A stretch of DNA of 22,538 bases from Trichoplax adhaerens. Its lineage: Eukaryota > Animalia > Placozoa. Position numbers and translations under genes: made by a program. The notes below the pieces were generated by a model that saw nothing but the letters and a program-made list of their open reading frames with translations, searched no databases and had not been told where the DNA came from. Below, piece after piece: positions 20,262-22,538 of this stretch. The stretch spans positions 185,773 to 208,310 of the forward strand of contig NW_002060982.1 of NCBI RefSeq assembly GCF_000150275.1, read 5' to 3'. Each line of letters opens with the position of its first letter. Within the stretch, counting starts at the first letter, position 1.

Positions 20262-21480
20262 CTATCCAGAATTTTTCATTATAAATCACCCAATCGTTTA
20301 AAGATTGACTGGCAAATTCCATCTTACAATGCTTACATCGAATCCAATTTTGATCTCCTTCCTTGTATTCTTCAGTTATACTTGTTTGTGTATTACATTC
20401 ACTACATTTGACGAAATATCGACAATCAGCCCCTTTAAACTTAACCATCCTATCATTGACAGTGGAGATGAGTTTATTCTTGACAATTTCGTGTGGCCGT
20501 TTGACAAATATAGAATTTTTAACTTTATCGATAATCGATTGACTCCTCTTGAGCTCATTTATTTCCTGATAGCAATATTGTAAACCGATGTGAGATTCCT
20601 CTTTCCTGACTACAAGATAGTGATTGTCATTTGCTAAATAATATTTGGCACATTGATAGTATAATTCTACGTCCGTATTATTCCATTCCTTTAAACATGA
20701 AGATAACAAGCAATAATAAATTCCATCTGGAAGATATGGAATATCTGTATGCTCGTATCCGATGTAGAGCCAATCTGATTGATGATATTTTGATAAATCG
20801 AATGGCTTAACATCATATCGTAACAAATATGGAACAAAGTATTGACATTCTTCGCCGTTGTCGTTCTTCTCATTTGTAATTGAACATAGAATATCATAAG
20901 CATGCATGAGTGCCAATATAGTTTGCTTACTATTGTCATCTAAATTAAATTTATAAATAGCATGATCAATGTATGATCTTGATAATTTTCCTGTTTGGCT
21001 GGCTATATCATAGTCACGTTTTATCTGTGCACTTCCTTGTACAAAATCTTGTAATTGAATAATAGAACGAAATATACTTAATAACCAATCGACATTAGTT
21101 ATAATAATTCCGTCGTCGCCTACTTTATCACAGTAGATGACTTCTCCTAAATCGTGTAGATACATTAGCATAGCGATTAATTCATCATGGTTTTCATATA
21201 ATCCGTATTGTTGAGACAAGGTTACTACTTGTTGCATTGTCATAATATTATGCACTTGAGAATGTCTAATTTGATTCATAATAGAAGATGCGGGTTGATT
21301 GTTAGTAGGGAGCGATTTATTTAATATTGTAGCCATGATATACCATCGAATAGGTATAGGATTCGTAATAAATGGCAGTGATTGTACAAATGCCTTAATG
21401 ATACCATGTAAACGAAGACAACATTGTTGACGCAGCTTCTGTGTCGACGGAGTACTATCAAGAGGATTTGCAATCAAAAA
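20262..21480 (-). CDS. Gene 2 partial Roc-COR exon (COR portion), 5' part lost in the assembly gap
   Basis: Near-identical to 5144-6361 at offset 15118: four amino-acid changes (I>V, R>H, K>E, M>V) and about ten silent changes. Same donor ATAG|GTAAGC at 20262/20261. Confidence 0.9.
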
Positions 21481-21530
21481 NNNNNNNNNNNNNNNNNNNN
21501 NNNNNNNNNNNNNNNNNNNNNNNNNNNNNN
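21481..21530. other. Assembly gap (50 N)
   Basis: Run of N. The sequence beyond it does not continue the homology with gene 1. Confidence 0.99.
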
Positions 21531-22029
21531 TATCGATATAACTATAGCGACATTTTGCATTACAAATAGCATCCAATAAACTGTGCAGAACATTCGGTCT
21601 TCGCTATGACACGTCTTAACTTGTTAGATGCTTGTATAGTATCACATCAGTATATTAATGATATAATCCTTATAGATAAACAAGCTTAAAAAGTATTTGG
21701 TATTAATCTGTTTTTACATTACATAATTATGAAGACTCTTAGCATTTGTAGTAAGCTTAGTAAGCTATCAGTAATTGATACTTGTTGAAACTTTATCGTA
21801 CTAAAACAAAACTTAATGCAATACTGTAAGATAACTACATCAATTTTTACGTAAAGTAATACACGGATTGATTTCATACGGAGTATAGTAGAAATGCTAT
21901 TTAGTTATTATAACTTAAGATCGAATTTATAACTTATAAAATGCTACCATAAAAGCATAACCTAAATTTTGATAAATTGCTGCTCCAACTGAACTATAAA
22001 CGAGATCAAACCAATCACTCTATGCTTAC

Positions 22030-22131
22030 CAGCTTCCGGTACTACCTTTTTCACTTTTTCTTGCTGTTGATCTGTTGAAATGTTTTTGTGTTTCTCGGGC
22101 ATAGTTTGTGATGAGCCTTCTGATTGTTGAT
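22030..22131 (-). CDS. Candidate 102-nt phase 1-1 exon encoding a polar low-complexity linker (DQQSEGSSQTMPEKHKNISTDQQQEKVKKVVPEA)
   Basis: NAGNAG acceptor (aagcag), strong donor CTG|GTAAGC at 22030/22029, length a multiple of 3, Q/E/K/S-rich coding-like composition inside ORF 21962..22234. Confidence 0.5.
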
Positions 22132-22538
22132 CTGCTTCATAAGCAGGTTTTAGCATATATACAAAATGTATTAAAATTAGAAAGGTACCTGGTTTAAACA
22201 ACAATTTATCTATTATACTTCTAGGCAGGTGCAACAGTAAAAAGTACGACTAGTTTCTCTATAAGACTATGTTTTCTACAGGTAATTAAAATTGATTCAA
22301 TATCTGTGAAAGGAAGCTTTGGCAAAAATGACAGTGGATAAATTATTGCGAAATATATGATGTGATGAAGTAACTGTAACTATACTGTATTCGCCTAGTA
22401 AGTGTTCAATATTTCTATGATATACCGCTTGTGTTTACTTAATTATGAGCAATAATGCTACCTAGAAGTTTTTTTTCCTCGTAAATCATCCAGTCTTTAA
22501 CAGATTTGCTTCTTACACTATAAACAAATATAAGATCT

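Noticed and set aside
21465-21576. N-terminus of ORF 20203..21576 and a 1-nt frameshift suggesting gene 2 is a pseudogene
   Set aside because: The ORF runs through the N gap. The extra T (about 21467-21469) is about 12 nt from the contig end and is most likely a low-quality base call.

Overview
AT-rich eukaryotic (animal-like) genomic DNA with short GT-AG introns. The 42-aa 'SLQIRLSVLGHNHPDVA' TPR repeats suggest a placozoan such as Trichoplax, but that is inference only. The window holds a tandem cluster of kinase-less ROCO genes on the minus strand. Gene 1 (about 9025->3970; four coding exons joined in frame by phase-1 introns; 4092 nt, about 1363 aa) encodes an N-terminal TPR region with about 7 near-identical 126-bp repeats that vary at a few fixed positions, then a Roc GTPase-COR domain, a CxxC/CxxC motif, a 9-codon linker microexon and a C-terminal death domain (DD). 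Gene 2 (truncated by an assembly gap at 21481-21530) has a COR exon about 99% identical to gene 1 but a different linker microexon and a very divergent DD exon (18831-19096). A third intact DD exon (14110-14366), missed by the ORF track, lies further downstream in the same splice phase. The layout looks like an NLR-analogous sensor-switch-effector receptor family with a recombining TPR sensor, a homogenised Roc-COR core and exchangeable death-domain effectors. The rest of the window is non-coding DNA with several diverged local duplications. All identities and counts were made by eye.
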